32,000 nt of DNA from Mycolicibacterium smegmatis (GTDB lineage: Bacteria; Actinomycetota; Actinomycetes; Mycobacteriales; Mycobacteriaceae). A program made the translations under genes and the position numbers. Positions 31,188 through 32,000 of this stretch are shown here, one piece after another. The stretch's first letter is position 1. The number at the start of each line of letters is the position of its first letter. The notes under the pieces are model-generated. The model searched no databases and was not told the DNA's origin. It worked only from the letters and a program-made list of their open reading frames with translations. The stretch lies in assembly GCF_001457595.1 (NCBI RefSeq), contig NZ_LN831039.1:2370001-2402000 (forward strand). The letters are read 5' to 3'.

Positions 31188-32000
31188 ATGGATCGTCGTC
31201 GCAAGGTGCTCGTGATGGGTGCGAGCGGCAACGTCGGCGCCTGCGTCACCCGGCAACTCGTCGAACGCGGCGACGACGTGCGTGTGCTGCTGCGCCGCAA
31301 CAGCTCGACCAAGGGCATCGACGGGCTCGACGTCGAGCGCCACTACGGCGACATCTTCGACACCGGCGCGGTGGCCGCGGCGGTGGCCGACCGCGACGTG
31401 GTGTTCTACTGCGTCGTCGACACCCGCGCGCATCTTGCCGCCCCCGCGCCGTTGTTCAGGACCAACGTCGAGGGACTGCGCAACGTCCTCGAGGTCGCCG
31501 ACCATGTCGACCTCCACCGCTTCGTCTTCCTCAGCACCATCGGGACCATCGCGGTGGGACGCAACGGTGAAGCCGTCGACGAGGACACCCCGTTCAACTG
31601 GGCAGGCATCGGCGGGCCCTACATCGAATCACGCCGCAAGGCAGAGGAACTGGTGTTGTCCTACGCCGCGGAACGCGGGTTCCCGGCGGTGGTGATGAAC
31701 GTGTCCAACCCCTACGGGCCGCCGGACTGGCAGCCACGGCAGGGTGCGCTGGTCGCGATGGCGGCCTTCGGGAAGTTGCCCGTGTACATCCGTGGTGTCG
31801 GAGCCGAGGTGGTCGGGATCGATGACGCGGCCCGCGCGCTGATCCTCGCGGCCGAACACGGCCGGATCGGCGAACGCTACATCGTCTCGGAACGCTACAT
31901 GTCCCAGCAGGAGATGCTCACGGTCGCGGCCGAGGCGGTCGGCGCGCGGCCACCCAGAATCGGAATCCCGATGGCCGCGGTGTATGCGTTCGGATCTTTG
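31188..32000 (+). CDS. NAD-dependent epimerase/dehydratase-family (extended SDR) protein, C-terminus outside the window
   Basis: Absent from the ORF track because it has no stop in the window. Manual translation from ATG 31188 (GGAG 5 nt upstream) gives MDRRRKVLVMGASGNVGACVTRQLVERGDDVRVLLRRNSS...FVFLSTIGTI...GGPYIESRRKAEE...AVVMNVSNPYGPPD. The frame stays open to position 32000. Confidence 0.8.
   Translation, partial: MDRRRKVLVMGASGNVGACVTRQLVERGDDVRVLLRRNSSTKGIDGLDVERHYGDIFDTGAVAAAVADRDVVFYCVVDTRAHLAAPAPLFRTNVEGLRNVLEVADHVDLHRFVFLSTIGTIAVGRNGEAVDEDTPFNWAGIGGPYIESRRKAEELVLSYAAERGFPAVVMNVSNPYGPPDWQPRQGALVAMAAFGKLPVYIRGVGAEVVGIDDAARALILAAEHGRIGERYIVSERYMSQQEMLTVAAEAVGARPPRIGIPMAAVYAFGSL

Noticed and set aside
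1-32000. CRISPR arrays, transposases, integrases, prophage genes, toxin-antitoxin pairs or known defence-system genes.
   Set aside because: There are no direct-repeat/spacer arrays and no ORF with recombinase, nuclease, ATPase or toxin-like signatures. Every substantial ORF is accounted for by a metabolic enzyme or a TetR.

Overview
Strongly GC-rich actinobacterial DNA, mycobacterial in style (many GTG starts, ATGA/GTGA start-stop overlaps, FadD/FadE/EchA/Ltp-type content). The window is almost entirely lipid and CoA-thioester catabolism. I call 29 protein genes in about ten short operons. I see no rRNA, tRNA, CRISPR, transposase, integrase or recognisable defence genes. The content is six crotonase-fold genes, four AMP-dependent acyl-CoA ligases (one cut by the left edge), three PF04909-type amidohydrolases and a two-gene acyl-CoA dehydrogenase pair. 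There is also a classical thiolase, an SCP-x/Ltp-like thiolase-fold protein, an SDR, two aldehyde dehydrogenases and a cytoplasmic molybdopterin (MopB) oxidoreductase. The remainder is a cytochrome P450, a KshA-like Rieske oxygenase, an isochorismatase-fold protein, SnoaL/NTF2-like and DinB/MDMPI-like proteins, an NAD-dependent epimerase/dehydratase (cut by the right edge) and two paralogous TetR regulators. Many ORF-track entries carry spurious N-terminal extensions. I reset those starts using start/stop overlaps, Shine-Dalgarno sequences and third-position codon bias. The strongest signal not explained by gene calls is an AT-rich 19-bp palindrome, TACYGTAA-N3-TTACRGTA. It occurs in eight promoter or intergenic regions, including both TetR-containing divergent regions. 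It looks like the operator of a single uncharacterised TetR regulon covering the island. The second signal is three copies of a ~65-bp REP-like palindromic element (arms around GAGCAGACRC). One copy encodes the C-terminal tail and stop codon of a TetR gene. Several enzymes have non-canonical catalytic motifs or unusual gene coupling: five of six crotonases, the Ltp-like protein, the Cys-less isochorismatase-fold protein and the MopB-ALDH pair. The substrate is unknown. A bulky sterol- or isoprenoid-like acid is a hypothesis only. All residue-level statements come from by-eye alignment and need computational confirmation.
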